Below are positions 30,726 to 40,421 of a stretch of 64,000 nucleotides of DNA, one piece after another; the first letter of the stretch is position 1, and every line of letters starts with the position of its first letter. This DNA comes from an uncultured Acidobacteriota bacterium (lineage in GTDB: Bacteria; Acidobacteriota; Terriglobia; Terriglobales; Acidobacteriaceae). The stretch is from NCBI GenBank assembly GCA_963840655.1, contig CAWIZS010000009.1, positions 102,283 to 166,282 of the forward strand, given 5' to 3'. A program made the translations under genes and the position numbers. Under the pieces are notes generated by a model. That model was given only the letters and a program-made list of their open reading frames with translations, was not told where the DNA came from and did no database searches.

Positions 30726-31595
30726 TTGACGGACGGCCACGCGGACGAAGCCATCTCGCTTTTAGCCACGCAACTTTCGCTGAACGCAAGCGACGCCAAT
30801 GCTCATCAGCTGTTGTGCCGCGTTTACATACAGGAAGAGCGATGGCATGACGCCGAAGGGGAGTGCGAGCAAGCCGTGCGTCTTGACCCGAACAACAGCA
30901 GCGATCATCTTTGGCTGGGGCGCGCCTATGGCGTTGAGGCTGCGCATGCTTCTCTCGGCAGAGCGTACAGTCTAGCCCGAAAGATTCGCGTGCAATTTGA
31001 AACCGCCGTGCAACTCGATTCGCGCAATATTTCGGCACTCTCCGATCTTGGAGAATACGATGTCGATGTGCCCCGTCTGATCGGCGGCGGAGTGGGACGC
31101 GCCGAAAAAATTGCCACGCAGCTCGCGCCTCTCGACCCGACCCGCTTCCATGCATTGCAGGCCAAGATCGACGAGAAGAAATCGGATCTAACCGGCGCGG
31201 AAAACGAATGGAAGCAGGCCATCCAGAGTTCTGCGCATCCAGCGAAACAATGGATGGAGCTTGCGGAATTTTATGCCAGGCAAAAGAATTTTCCCGCCAT
31301 GCGACAGGCCATCGCGAACGGTGTTGCGGCGGACCACGGTAACGGAAGAGCGCTGGTCGCGGGCGCTTCCCTGTTGATGCAGCACCACCAGAATTTACCG
31401 CAGGCGACGCGGATGTTGCGGCAGTATCTTGCGTCGCCCAATCAGTCCGAAGAAGCGCCTGCGTTTCAGGTCCGCGCGCAGCTTGGAAGCCTGCTGGCTT
31501 CTCAGGGTAAGCAGGCGGACGCGCAAACGCAGTACGCAGAGGCGCACGCCCTTGCCGGCAATTTTGTACCGACGCAGCCCGGTCATCGCGAGTGA
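30726..31595 (+). CDS. TPR-repeat protein (true N-terminus probably upstream, see findings)
   Basis: Repeated TPR-like helices (..AHQLLCRVYIQEERWHDAEGECEQAVRLDPNN..). The same frame stays open back to 30558 and encodes a hydrophobic signal-like segment, but it has no start codon. An ATG at 30575 lies in another frame. Confidence 0.6.
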   Translation: MTDGHADEAISLLATQLSLNASDANAHQLLCRVYIQEERWHDAEGECEQAVRLDPNNSSDHLWLGRAYGVEAAHASLGRAYSLARKIRVQFETAVQLDSRNISALSDLGEYDVDVPRLIGGGVGRAEKIATQLAPLDPTRFHALQAKIDEKKSDLTGAENEWKQAIQSSAHPAKQWMELAEFYARQKNFPAMRQAIANGVAADHGNGRALVAGASLLMQHHQNLPQATRMLRQYLASPNQSEEAPAFQVRAQLGSLLASQGKQADAQTQYAEAHALAGNFVPTQPGHRE

Positions 31596-31643
31596 TGCCG
31601 CTTCCATTTGAAACTGCTTGCGGCGAAACCAATTTAGAATCAC

Positions 31644-33161
31644 ATGGAACGCCCATGCGGAAGAAATCGCATTGAATGGATCGCGTGGAAGAAGGGGAGC
31701 AATCGCAGCTTGAAAAGCGTCCTCACCGTGGCGGTAGCGATATTTTTCACGGCTCTGGCGGCCAACGCGCAGACGGCGGAGGCCCCGCTGCCCAATGCGC
31801 CAACGGCAACTGCCCGTCTGATGACCGGGGGCGGATACGCAACCGCGGATTCCAACACGTCCGAAACAGCTTCCGCCATGCAGAATGCCTCAATGGCGGC
31901 CGGAGACATTTCCCTCTACACGGTCGTCGATCTCGCCCTTCGCAACAGCAAGGCGGTACGCATCGCAGAGGCGGAGCAGCAGCGCACGCGCGGCTTTTTG
32001 ATGGAGACGCGGAATGCTTATATTCCCAACTTCTCCGTCGGATCGGGCCTCGGCTATTCCTACGGCTTCCCGCTTGGCAACCCGACACTCTTTAACGTCA
32101 CGTCCAACTTTATGCTGTTCAGCTTTTCGCAACGCGACTATATCCGGTCGGCCCGCGCTGCTTGGAAGGCGGCGACGCTCTCTCTGAAAAACACTCGGCA
32201 GCAGGTCATCCTCGATACCTCCCTGAAATATCTAGAGTTGAATAAAACCGTGCAACAGATCGACGCATTGCAGCAAGCGCTCGCGGATTCCAACAAATTA
32301 TTGGACACTATGAATGAACGCGAACAAGCGGGCCTGGAAAGCAATATGCAATTAACCCAGGCACGGTTGACCGCCGCGCAGATCAATCTTCGAGTCATTC
32401 AGATGGAAGATCACGCCGATGAACTACGACAACACCTGTCGAATTTGACGGGATTAAATGCCGGGTTGATCGACCCCGTCGCCTCATCCGTTCCGCAATT
32501 GCCCGATCTGGATTTCCCTTCTCTTTTACGAACGTCAGTTTCGCCCGCCGTTCAGGCGTCCAAAGCAACCGCAGACGCTAAAATGTTCGCAGCCTGGGGA
32601 GACAAAAGACAGAACTACCGCCCGACCGTAGCAGGCGCAATGCAATATGCCCGCTTCGCCAGCTTTAACGGTTATGACCAGTACTACAGAAGCTTTACCC
32701 CCAACAACCTCGGCATTGGCATTCAGGCAACCTGGCCGCTGTTCGACCCCATTCGCCGGGACAAAGCCATCGAATCGAAGGCGGAAGCTGTCCGCGCGCG
32801 TCAACGGGCCGAACTTGACCGCATCCAAAATGACGAGGGCAATCTTGCGCTGTGGCACAGCCTGCGGGAGCTGAAAGCACAGGAGCAGGTCGCCGACTTG
32901 GAACAGCAACTGGCAAAGGACACCCTCGCTGCCGCCGTCATCCAGATGAACCAAGGCTCCGCCGCCGCAAATGCGCCGCCCGTCACACCGCAGCAGGCGG
33001 ATCAGGATCGAATTGACGAGCGCACCAGATTTGTGGATATGGAGGATGCGCAGTTCAACGTTGTAAAGATCAAGCTCGACCTCCTCAATGCCGTCGGCGG
33101 CCTGGAAGACTGGGTGAAAAAGAGTGCGCAGACCTCGACACTTTCCGTCCAGCAAAAATGA
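31644..33161 (+). CDS. TolC-family outer membrane efflux protein
   Basis: Signal peptide LKSVLTVAVAIFFTALAANAQ, followed by two repeats of the coiled-coil/beta pattern typical of OEP/TolC. The likely start is TTG 31710, preceded by AAGGGGAG. Confidence 0.8.
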   Translation: MERPCGRNRIEWIAWKKGSNRSLKSVLTVAVAIFFTALAANAQTAEAPLPNAPTATARLMTGGGYATADSNTSETASAMQNASMAAGDISLYTVVDLALRNSKAVRIAEAEQQRTRGFLMETRNAYIPNFSVGSGLGYSYGFPLGNPTLFNVTSNFMLFSFSQRDYIRSARAAWKAATLSLKNTRQQVILDTSLKYLELNKTVQQIDALQQALADSNKLLDTMNEREQAGLESNMQLTQARLTAAQINLRVIQMEDHADELRQHLSNLTGLNAGLIDPVASSVPQLPDLDFPSLLRTSVSPAVQASKATADAKMFAAWGDKRQNYRPTVAGAMQYARFASFNGYDQYYRSFTPNNLGIGIQATWPLFDPIRRDKAIESKAEAVRARQRAELDRIQNDEGNLALWHSLRELKAQEQVADLEQQLAKDTLAAAVIQMNQGSAAANAPPVTPQQADQDRIDERTRFVDMEDAQFNVVKIKLDLLNAVGGLEDWVKKSAQTSTLSVQQK

Positions 33162-33412
33162 CATATCGTTTGCCGCGGAAAACTGCACGGCGCTGGGCAG
33201 TGGGTCAGTTTGGAATCGATTGGGGAGGGACGGCCTTCAGGCGGTCCGTAAATGACGGAAATCTCAGCGGACTTCAGCCCGGAGGGAATCGCTGATTCAA
33301 ATTGAGCCGTCAACCCCACTTTGCCCATCTAAATAATTGAATGGGAACCTTTTAGAGTAACGCGCAAAACGAAAAGGCAGCCCTCCAAAGTGATAGACTT
33401 TAGGTTGAAACT

Positions 33413-34894
33413 ATGCCCCTGAAGACACTTTTTCTTAATCCGCCATCTTTTGAGAATTTTGACGGCGGCGCCAGTTCCCGCTGGCCCGCCACCCGCGAAA
33501 TAGAGTCGTACTGGTATCCGGTCTGGCTCGCCTACCCGGCGGGCATGCTCGAAGGTTCGCGTCTGCTCGACGCGCCGCCTCATCACGTCTCGGCCCAGGA
33601 GACGATCGAAATCTGCAAACAGTATGACTTTCTTGTACTGTTTACCAGCACTCCTGGCTGGCAGGGGGACCAGAAGCTCGCTGAGGCCATCAAAGCTGCG
33701 CATCCCGCGATTCGCATCGCCTTCGTCGGGCCTCCGGTGACGACATCGCCGGACCGCGCCCTGAACGAGTGCCCGGTGATCGATTTCGTTTGCCGCCGGG
33801 AATTTGACTTCTCGGTCGTCGAGTTTGCCAACGGCAAGCCGCTCGATGAAATTCTCGGAATCAGCTATCGCAAGAACTGCAAGATTGCCCATAATCCAGA
33901 CCGGCCGCAGGTCGAAGACCTGGACGCTATGCCGTGGGTGACAGACGTTTACGCGCGCGACATGGATGTGACGAAATACAACGTCCCTTTCCTGCTGCAT
34001 CCCTTCGTTTCGCTCTACTCCACGCGCGGATGCCCGGCGCAATGCACATTCTGCCTGTGGCCGCAGACCTTGAGCGGACATGCGTGGCGCAAGCGGTCTA
34101 CAGACGACGTTGCCGCGGAAATGGCACATGCCAAAGAACTTTTTCCGCACGTGAAGGAGTTTTTCTTCGACGACGACACCTTCAACATTCAGAAAGCCCG
34201 CACCGTGGAATTGTGCGAAAAGCTGAAGCCGTTGAAACTGACTTGGTCCTGCACGTCTCGCGTCACCACCGACCGCGAAACCTTGAAGGCCATGCGCGAA
34301 GCCGGCTGCCGCCTGCTGATTGTGGGTTTTGAATCCGGCGACCCGCAGATTCTGAAGAACATCAAGAAGGGCGCCACCGTGCAGCGCGCCCGCGACTTTA
34401 CCCGCGATTGCCATGACCTGGGCCTGACCATCCACGGAGATTTTATTCTCGGACTGCCCGGCGAAACCAAAGAATCGATCCGCAACACGATCGAATTCGC
34501 TAAGTCTCTCGATGTGGAGACGATTCAGGTCTCCATCGCGCACGCTTATCCCGGCACGGAATTCTATGACTTCGCCAAAACCAATGGCTTCATCATCAAC
34601 GATGGCGCCATGGTTGACGAGGAAGGTCACCAGCTCGCTCATATTGAATATCCCGGGCTGCCGACGGAGTATGTTCTGGAAATGGTCCATCGCTTCTACG
34701 ATGAGTACTACTTCCGTCCCAAGGCTGCGTGGCGCGTAATCAGCAAGGCGATTGCCAACCGCGACCTGGGCCGCCTGTACGTGGAAGCGAAGGCTTTTAT
34801 GAAGCTGCGGGCGCAGCGGAACCGGGTCGTCGTTAAGAGCAAGAGCGACAGAGCTGCCGCGGCGGCGGCGACAACGCAAGAGGTAAGCGCCTAA
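33413..34894 (+). CDS. hpnJ: hopanoid biosynthesis-associated radical SAM protein HpnJ (B12-binding-like N-domain)
   Basis: MPLKTLFLNPPSFENFDGGASSRWPATREIESYWYPVWLAYPAG.. is the characteristic HpnJ N-terminus. The radical-SAM motif RGCPAQCTFC is present. Confidence 0.8.
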   Translation: MPLKTLFLNPPSFENFDGGASSRWPATREIESYWYPVWLAYPAGMLEGSRLLDAPPHHVSAQETIEICKQYDFLVLFTSTPGWQGDQKLAEAIKAAHPAIRIAFVGPPVTTSPDRALNECPVIDFVCRREFDFSVVEFANGKPLDEILGISYRKNCKIAHNPDRPQVEDLDAMPWVTDVYARDMDVTKYNVPFLLHPFVSLYSTRGCPAQCTFCLWPQTLSGHAWRKRSTDDVAAEMAHAKELFPHVKEFFFDDDTFNIQKARTVELCEKLKPLKLTWSCTSRVTTDRETLKAMREAGCRLLIVGFESGDPQILKNIKKGATVQRARDFTRDCHDLGLTIHGDFILGLPGETKESIRNTIEFAKSLDVETIQVSIAHAYPGTEFYDFAKTNGFIINDGAMVDEEGHQLAHIEYPGLPTEYVLEMVHRFYDEYYFRPKAAWRVISKAIANRDLGRLYVEAKAFMKLRAQRNRVVVKSKSDRAAAAAATTQEVSA

Positions 34895-35055
34895 GGGTTC
34901 TCAACCGGCAATCAGCGCAGGCCAGTGCTCTCAACCCGCCATTTGCTGGAGGAATGGCGGCGATGCAACACCCGGAAAAGGGCAACAGAAGGAGAATCGC
35001 TCTAAGCGCGTTCGATTTTTGCAATCGGCGCAGAAGAGGTTTCCCGATCGCCTCT

Positions 35056-35532
35056 ATGCAATCCACAATGACATTTCGGCGTTACGTCGTCCTTGGAGCC
35101 ATTATGCTCACGGCCGCGTTTGGGGACACATTTCTCAGCGTCGGCATGAAGCAGGTCGGCCCGGTTTCCGTCCATCATCTGTCCACGCTGTTGACCGCTC
35201 TTCGCGTCCCCTGGATTGTGGCTGGAATTGTTTTGCTCATCGCCTTTTTCGCTTCCTATCTCACTGCCCTCACGTGGGCCGATCTCACCTTCGTGCTGCC
35301 CGCGACATCGTTCGGCTACGTCATCATCGCGCTGCTTTCGTTGTTCTGGCTGCATGAGTCCATCAGCCCCGCGCGCTGGGCCGGGATTCTACTCATCACG
35401 CTCGGCGTCGGTTTTGTGACGCGCGGTCCGTCTTACACTCATCCGACAGACACGGCCACGCCGAAGCCAGCGTCCTTCCCGACCCGGGCCGTTCCCGCCG
35501 CCGCCGGTCGGGCCGAGGGCCATTCCGCATGA
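35056..35532 (+). CDS. half-size EamA/DMT-superfamily membrane protein (subunit 1 of a pair)
   Basis: About 158 aa, 4 TM helices, a single EamA-like domain and a Pro/Ala-rich tail. ATG 35056 was chosen inside ORF 34954-35532. Confidence 0.6.
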   Translation: MQSTMTFRRYVVLGAIMLTAAFGDTFLSVGMKQVGPVSVHHLSTLLTALRVPWIVAGIVLLIAFFASYLTALTWADLTFVLPATSFGYVIIALLSLFWLHESISPARWAGILLITLGVGFVTRGPSYTHPTDTATPKPASFPTRAVPAAAGRAEGHSA

Positions 35533-35918
35533 CGCACTCACATGGACCCTCCGTCTGGATGATGATTGGCGCGATCGTGCTGCTGGCAACAGCCGGCGAC
35601 GTTCTGATCGCGGGCGCGATGCGTCAAATCGGCGACTTCGATGAGATTCGCCGAAGAGCGGGAATGCGTGGCGCTGTTCTGTCCGTTTTGTGCAACGTCC
35701 GAATCGTGTCCGGCGTTGCCTGCATGGCGTTCAGCTTTTTCGCGCTGCTGTTTGCCCTCAGTTGGGCAGAGGTCAGCCTGGTCGCTCCGGCCTCCGCTGC
35801 CCTGACGTTCGTCACCAACGCGTTTGCGGCCAAGTGGATATTGAAAGAGAACGTCGATCATCGGCGCTGGTTTGCGGCAGTCTGCGTGTGCGCCGGCGTC
35901 TTCTTCCTTGCGCGTTGA
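35529..35918 (+). CDS. half-size EamA/DMT-superfamily membrane protein (subunit 2 of a pair)
   Basis: 129 aa, 4 TM helices. Its ATG overlaps the upstream stop (ATGA). Its stop codon abuts the hpnE stop codon on the opposite strand. Confidence 0.6.
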   Translation: MTHSHGPSVWMMIGAIVLLATAGDVLIAGAMRQIGDFDEIRRRAGMRGAVLSVLCNVRIVSGVACMAFSFFALLFALSWAEVSLVAPASAALTFVTNAFAAKWILKENVDHRRWFAAVCVCAGVFFLAR

Positions 35919-37370
35919 TTAAGAAAATAACCGCATCAATCCCTGCGCCGGCAGATCGGGAAGCAGAAATTTCTTCGGATTCCCCGCCCCACTCGTCAAC
36001 GCTTCGGCAGCCAGATATCCGCTTCGTACTGCGCCCTCCATGGTGGAAGGCCATCCGGTGCGCGTCCAATCGCCCGCTAGAAATAGCCGCGGCAATCCAG
36101 TGATCGCTGCGGGGCGGTAGGGGTCGAGTCCAGGCGTAACGGAAAACGTTGCGCGCACTTCTTTAATCACAGCGGCCTTCACTAGTTTCGCTTCCAGCAC
36201 AGCGGGAAAAAATTCCGCAAGCTCCCTCAATGCCAGATCGATAATCTCCTGCCGGGATTTCGCAACCAGCGACTTTGACGCACTCACGACCAGCTCCAGG
36301 TAGCTTCCGGAACCTTCGTCGCGCCGCGTCGGCTGCAGTACTGATTTGTTGTACATCCACTGAATCGTTCGATCGAGCAACACTGCGTGCTCCATATCTG
36401 TAATGCGGCGGTCGAACCAAAGATGAATGCCCGTAATCGGCGCGTGTTCAAAATGTTCGAGCTGCCGCTCCAGCGTTTTGGCGTATCCGTCGATCCCCGG
36501 AGCCACGGATGGCAACAGCTTCTGCATGGCTTCAAACGGGAGCGCTAAAACGACAGCATCGGCTTCGATTTCCCTTCCCGCAATTTCTAGCCGCCAGCGC
36601 TGCCTTGCGGCATCGTAGGAAAGCGCGTCGACGCGACTGCGCAAGGCAACTTCGCCGCCACGCGATTCGATGAACCCTTGAGCATGACCGTACAGCTCGC
36701 TTAGCGGAATCGCCGGCACACCCATCCATCCGGCTCGCGCGGACTGCATAAATGACTTTCGAAAAACCATCGCGGCGTAATGGATCGATACACGGTCCAA
36801 ATCTTCATTCAGCGCGCTCACCAGGACCGGATTCCAGAAGCGATCGATCGCGCGACGCGTTTGTCCGTGACGAGCCAGCCACTGCGCGAAATTCTCATTG
36901 CTGTCTCCCGGAACACCGCGCAAAAAAGCCATCATGCTGCGGCTGATCGCCATTTTGTCCGCGAAAGACAATGCGGGCGCAGCGAGAAACGAAATGGAAT
37001 TGTGGAATGGCGCAGGCAGCGCGCTCGATTGCAACACACTGCGCCGGCCGCCCGGCTCCAGAAACGTGATGCGGTCAAACCAGCGAATCTTGTCCGCCAC
37101 GCCAAGCTGGCGATAGAAGCCAATCAGGTTCGTACAACACCCGAGCAAAACGTGCTGGCAATTATCCACAGTTTCGTCGGTGCCCGGATGTTGGTAGGAA
37201 GAAGCGCGGCCGCCGACGTACGGGCGCGCTTCGATGAGATGAACCCGATAGCCGGAGGCCGCGAGCGCACAGCCCGCGGACAAACCCGCCAGCCCGCCGC
37301 CTACTATTGCCACTTCGCGAATTGCGGGCGCTTGCAATGAGCCGGAACCGGATTGGGCCTCTTCTGTCAT
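35919..37370 (-). CDS. hpnE: hydroxysqualene dehydroxylase (squalene-associated FAD-dependent desaturase)
   Basis: VAIVGGGLAGLSAG (FAD GxGxxG), an amine-oxidase fold, ..FLAGDWTRTGWPSTMEGAVRSG.. It occupies the third position after hpnC-hpnD. Confidence 0.85.
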   Translation of the reverse strand: MTEEAQSGSGSLQAPAIREVAIVGGGLAGLSAGCALAASGYRVHLIEARPYVGGRASSYQHPGTDETVDNCQHVLLGCCTNLIGFYRQLGVADKIRWFDRITFLEPGGRRSVLQSSALPAPFHNSISFLAAPALSFADKMAISRSMMAFLRGVPGDSNENFAQWLARHGQTRRAIDRFWNPVLVSALNEDLDRVSIHYAAMVFRKSFMQSARAGWMGVPAIPLSELYGHAQGFIESRGGEVALRSRVDALSYDAARQRWRLEIAGREIEADAVVLALPFEAMQKLLPSVAPGIDGYAKTLERQLEHFEHAPITGIHLWFDRRITDMEHAVLLDRTIQWMYNKSVLQPTRRDEGSGSYLELVVSASKSLVAKSRQEIIDLALRELAEFFPAVLEAKLVKAAVIKEVRATFSVTPGLDPYRPAAITGLPRLFLAGDWTRTGWPSTMEGAVRSGYLAAEALTSGAGNPKKFLLPDLPAQGLMRLFS

Positions 37371-37410
37371 GATTTCAGGAGCGCTGAGGGCGCGGCACCC
37401 TCACTCACCG

Positions 37411-38343
37411 TCAGCGTTTTCCCGCGCTGCTAAGGCGAAACGCCATCCACAATCCGCGGAGCAGTATCCAGAGTTTTTCGATCGTCGACAGCTGTATTCT
37501 TTTTCCAAATACCTGATACTGGGCCACCACAATCCGATCCAGCAGGCGACGATAAATCGTCACCAGCACCCAGAGCGCCGCGCGGCTGTCGGGGGCGATC
37601 AAAGGCAACAGGCTGTCCGCCGCCGCATAATACTCACGCGCGCGCGCCGCTTCCATCTCCATCAATGCGCGTTCGTCCAAGGTGAGCTGCCGATTGTCGC
37701 GGATCGATGCCAACTGCGCGACGGTCACGTTATGACTTTCAAGGTCCTCGAGCGGCAGGTAAATTCGTCCCCGCTCTGCATCTTCGCGCACATCCCGCAG
37801 AATGTTCGTCAACTGAAACGCGACTCCGGTCTGCTCCGCCAGGCCTTCCGCCCTCGCGTCGGTGTAACCGAAGATCCGAATGCACACCAGGCCCACCACA
37901 GATGCAACCAAATAGCAGTAATGGTAGAGCTCATCAAAAGCTCGATAGACCGTTAGACCGGAGGTCTTGCTCAAATCCGCTTCCGTCGCAGACGTGGTGA
38001 GGTCCATCATGGTTCCTTGCACCAGTTGGTCGAGCAGCTCGGCCGGTATCTGAAAGCGCTGTTGAGCGTCGCGCAATGCGATAAAAACTGGATCGTCCGT
38101 AGGACCGCCGGACGCCGCGCGGCGCCATGCCGCCAGCCATTGTTGCGTTTGTTCGAGGCGTGTATCGCGAGAGAGTTGCTCGTTATCCGCCAGATCGTCC
38201 GCATGCCGCATAAAAGCGTACACGGCGCATATCGCCCGGCGCTTTGGTTTCGGCAGCACGCGAAACGCATAGTAGAAGTTCTTCGCTTCCCTGCGTGCTA
38301 TGGATTCACATTCCCTGTACGCTGCCTCGACGGAAACACTCAC
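37411..38343 (-). CDS. hpnD: presqualene diphosphate synthase (squalene/phytoene synthase family)
   Basis: ..AKNFYYAFRVLPKPKRRAICAVYAFMRHADDLAD.. and a second Asp-rich motif ..NILRDVREDAERGRIYLP.. Confidence 0.85.
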   Translation of the reverse strand: MSVSVEAAYRECESIARREAKNFYYAFRVLPKPKRRAICAVYAFMRHADDLADNEQLSRDTRLEQTQQWLAAWRRAASGGPTDDPVFIALRDAQQRFQIPAELLDQLVQGTMMDLTTSATEADLSKTSGLTVYRAFDELYHYCYLVASVVGLVCIRIFGYTDARAEGLAEQTGVAFQLTNILRDVREDAERGRIYLPLEDLESHNVTVAQLASIRDNRQLTLDERALMEMEAARAREYYAAADSLLPLIAPDSRAALWVLVTIYRRLLDRIVVAQYQVFGKRIQLSTIEKLWILLRGLWMAFRLSSAGKR

Positions 38344-39305
38344 GCAGCGGACCCCGCAACCAGCTTGCCCGCAATGGCACGCAGCAGCAACGCGGCCTTG
38401 CGCGGCTTTGAAATCGCGGGGCGTGAGCGCATCACGTCATAATCCTGGCGTGCAATCGCCCGCAGAATCTCCTGGCCGCCGCGGCTGAACAGCGCAAGAT
38501 CGACCGCCAATTCCTTATCGACGCGGCCTGCCAGCGGCAATCCCTTTGCGAACAACTCCTGCGCGAAGCCCACTTCGTACCGCATTAAATTGCGAAACTC
38601 CGGCGTGAACCGCCGCTCATGAATCTGCTGCTCCGTCACGCCAAAGCGCTCCATATCGGCAAGTGGCAGATAAATGCGATTGCGTTCATCATCCTCCCGC
38701 ACGTCCTGCCAGAAATTCGCCAACTGCAACGCCGTGCAGGTGAAATCGGAAAGCGCAAACAGCTCCGGTTCACGATATCCGCAGGCATACAGCACCAGAT
38801 GTCCGACGGGGTTGGCCGAGTACCGGCAGTAGCCGAAGACGTCTTCCATCGTGCGATAGCGGGTGACTGTCTGGTCCTGGCGAAACGCAATCAGCAAATC
38901 GGCAAAAGGCTGCTGGGGAATGCTGCACACGCGAATCGTCTCCGCCAGCGCAACGAAGACAGGGTGCCGCGCTTCTCCGCGATAACAGGAATCGAGCTGC
39001 CCATCCCAGAAATCCAGCAGCGCCAGCGACTGCAGCGGGTCGCCGACCTCATCTCCCAGATCGTCCGATATGCGGCAGTAGGCGTAGATACTCTGAAAAT
39101 GCGATCGCAGGCGCCTCGGGAGAAACCAGGTCGCGACGTGAAAGTTCTCGTAGTGCGACTCCGCCAGTTCGCGGCAGTATGCCTGCGCCTCCAGCAAGGT
39201 TGGAGGACGATCGGGCATTCGATAGCTCGCCGGCAGCTTGCTCCAGCCCGCTCGCAGCAACGCATCCGCGCTGGTGTCGACTTCCCGCAGCCCGCTAGCG
39301 TTCAT
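38340..39305 (-). CDS. hpnC: hydroxysqualene synthase (squalene/phytoene synthase family)
   Basis: ..SHYENFHVATWFLPRRLRSHFQSIYAYCRISDDLGDE.. and ..NFWQDVREDDERNRIYLP.. Its ATG is preceded by GGAGG located inside the 3' end of the upstream adh gene. Confidence 0.85.
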   Translation of the reverse strand: MNASGLREVDTSADALLRAGWSKLPASYRMPDRPPTLLEAQAYCRELAESHYENFHVATWFLPRRLRSHFQSIYAYCRISDDLGDEVGDPLQSLALLDFWDGQLDSCYRGEARHPVFVALAETIRVCSIPQQPFADLLIAFRQDQTVTRYRTMEDVFGYCRYSANPVGHLVLYACGYREPELFALSDFTCTALQLANFWQDVREDDERNRIYLPLADMERFGVTEQQIHERRFTPEFRNLMRYEVGFAQELFAKGLPLAGRVDKELAVDLALFSRGGQEILRAIARQDYDVMRSRPAISKPRKAALLLRAIAGKLVAGSAA

Positions 39306-40350
39306 TCAAACCTCCGGGAAGAATGGCCGTCTTTACATCGCTCGTGCGCTGCATCATTCGCTCAAAAACCGGAACGAGATCTTCCAGCGGAGAACGCCCG
39401 GTTATGAATTTCTCGCAGGCGAAGCGTCCGCTCGCAATCCACTCAAACGCGCGGCGGGAAACCGACGGTCGGTGATGAAAGCTCGCGCGCAGCGTCAGAC
39501 TGTTGTAGTGCAGGAGATTTGTATCCAGTTCAACTTTCGTGCCTGCAGCGCAGCCGCCGAAAAAATTCACCACGCCGCCTTTGCGCGCCATTTCCACAGC
39601 CCATTGCCAGGTCTCCGGCTGCGCCACCGCTTCGACCACGGCGTCGGCGCCTCGCCCGTTTGGAGTAAAGGCGCGAACAGCCTCAATCACGTCGCCGCGA
39701 GTCGTCTGCACCACATGCTCCGCACCCAAGGAGCGCGCCAGTTCTGCCTGCTCCTCGCGTTTCACCACGGCGATCACATGCGCGCCCATCCGCGCCGCCA
39801 GATGAATAAACATCAAGCCGATCGGTCCGGCGCCGATTACCGCGAGATGATCGCCGGCCTGCACGCCGGTGTCATCCATTCCTTGCACCACACAGGCCAG
39901 CGGCTCGGTCATTGCCGCGTGTTCCAGCTTCACGTTGGCTGGAACATGCAAAGTGTTCTTCGCGACAATGCGCGCCGGAATGCGAATGAATTCCGCATAT
40001 GCGCCATTGTTGAATAAAAGATCGTCGCAGAGATTTTCCTGTTCTCGCTTGCAAAAATAGCATTCGCCGCAGGGCGCGGAATTCAGGGCAACCACCCGAT
40101 CGCCCGGCCGAAATTCCGTTACGTCGGCGCCAATTTCCGAGACGATTCCCGCCAGCTCATGGCCGAACGGGACCGGCGGCCGCAGCATTCTGGCGTGATA
40201 TCCGCGGCGATAAACCTTCAGATCCGTGCCGCAGGTCAGCGCCGCGTGGATGCGCACGACAATTTCGCCCGCCGCGGCTTTCGGCACGGGCAAACGTTCA
40301 ATCCGCACATCTTCCTTGCCGTACAAAACGGCGACGTTCATCTCGCCCAT
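39295..40350 (-). CDS. zinc-dependent medium-chain dehydrogenase/reductase (ADH-2), embedded in the hopanoid cluster
   Basis: Catalytic Zn ligands (ALTCGTD, GHELAG), structural Zn motif CGECYFCKREQENLC and Rossmann motif VIGAGPIGLM. Confidence 0.85.
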   Translation of the reverse strand: MGEMNVAVLYGKEDVRIERLPVPKAAAGEIVVRIHAALTCGTDLKVYRRGYHARMLRPPVPFGHELAGIVSEIGADVTEFRPGDRVVALNSAPCGECYFCKREQENLCDDLLFNNGAYAEFIRIPARIVAKNTLHVPANVKLEHAAMTEPLACVVQGMDDTGVQAGDHLAVIGAGPIGLMFIHLAARMGAHVIAVVKREEQAELARSLGAEHVVQTTRGDVIEAVRAFTPNGRGADAVVEAVAQPETWQWAVEMARKGGVVNFFGGCAAGTKVELDTNLLHYNSLTLRASFHHRPSVSRRAFEWIASGRFACEKFITGRSPLEDLVPVFERMMQRTSDVKTAILPGGLNER

Positions 40351-40421
40351 AAATGTATTTTCGCAGACGGAACGGCACCGGCCCCGTTTTCATTCCTTCT
40401 CGCCGGTTTCGCCGCGGTCCA

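Noticed and set aside
33329-34879. 516-aa minus-strand ORF
   Set aside because: It is antisense to hpnJ, whose radical-SAM motif and characteristic N-terminus are unambiguous. It has no motifs and the same R/G/A-rich composition. The same reasoning rejects 4557-5486(-), 6742-7701(-), 11555-12523(-), 30601-31656(-), 51269-52594(-) and 38619-39407(+).
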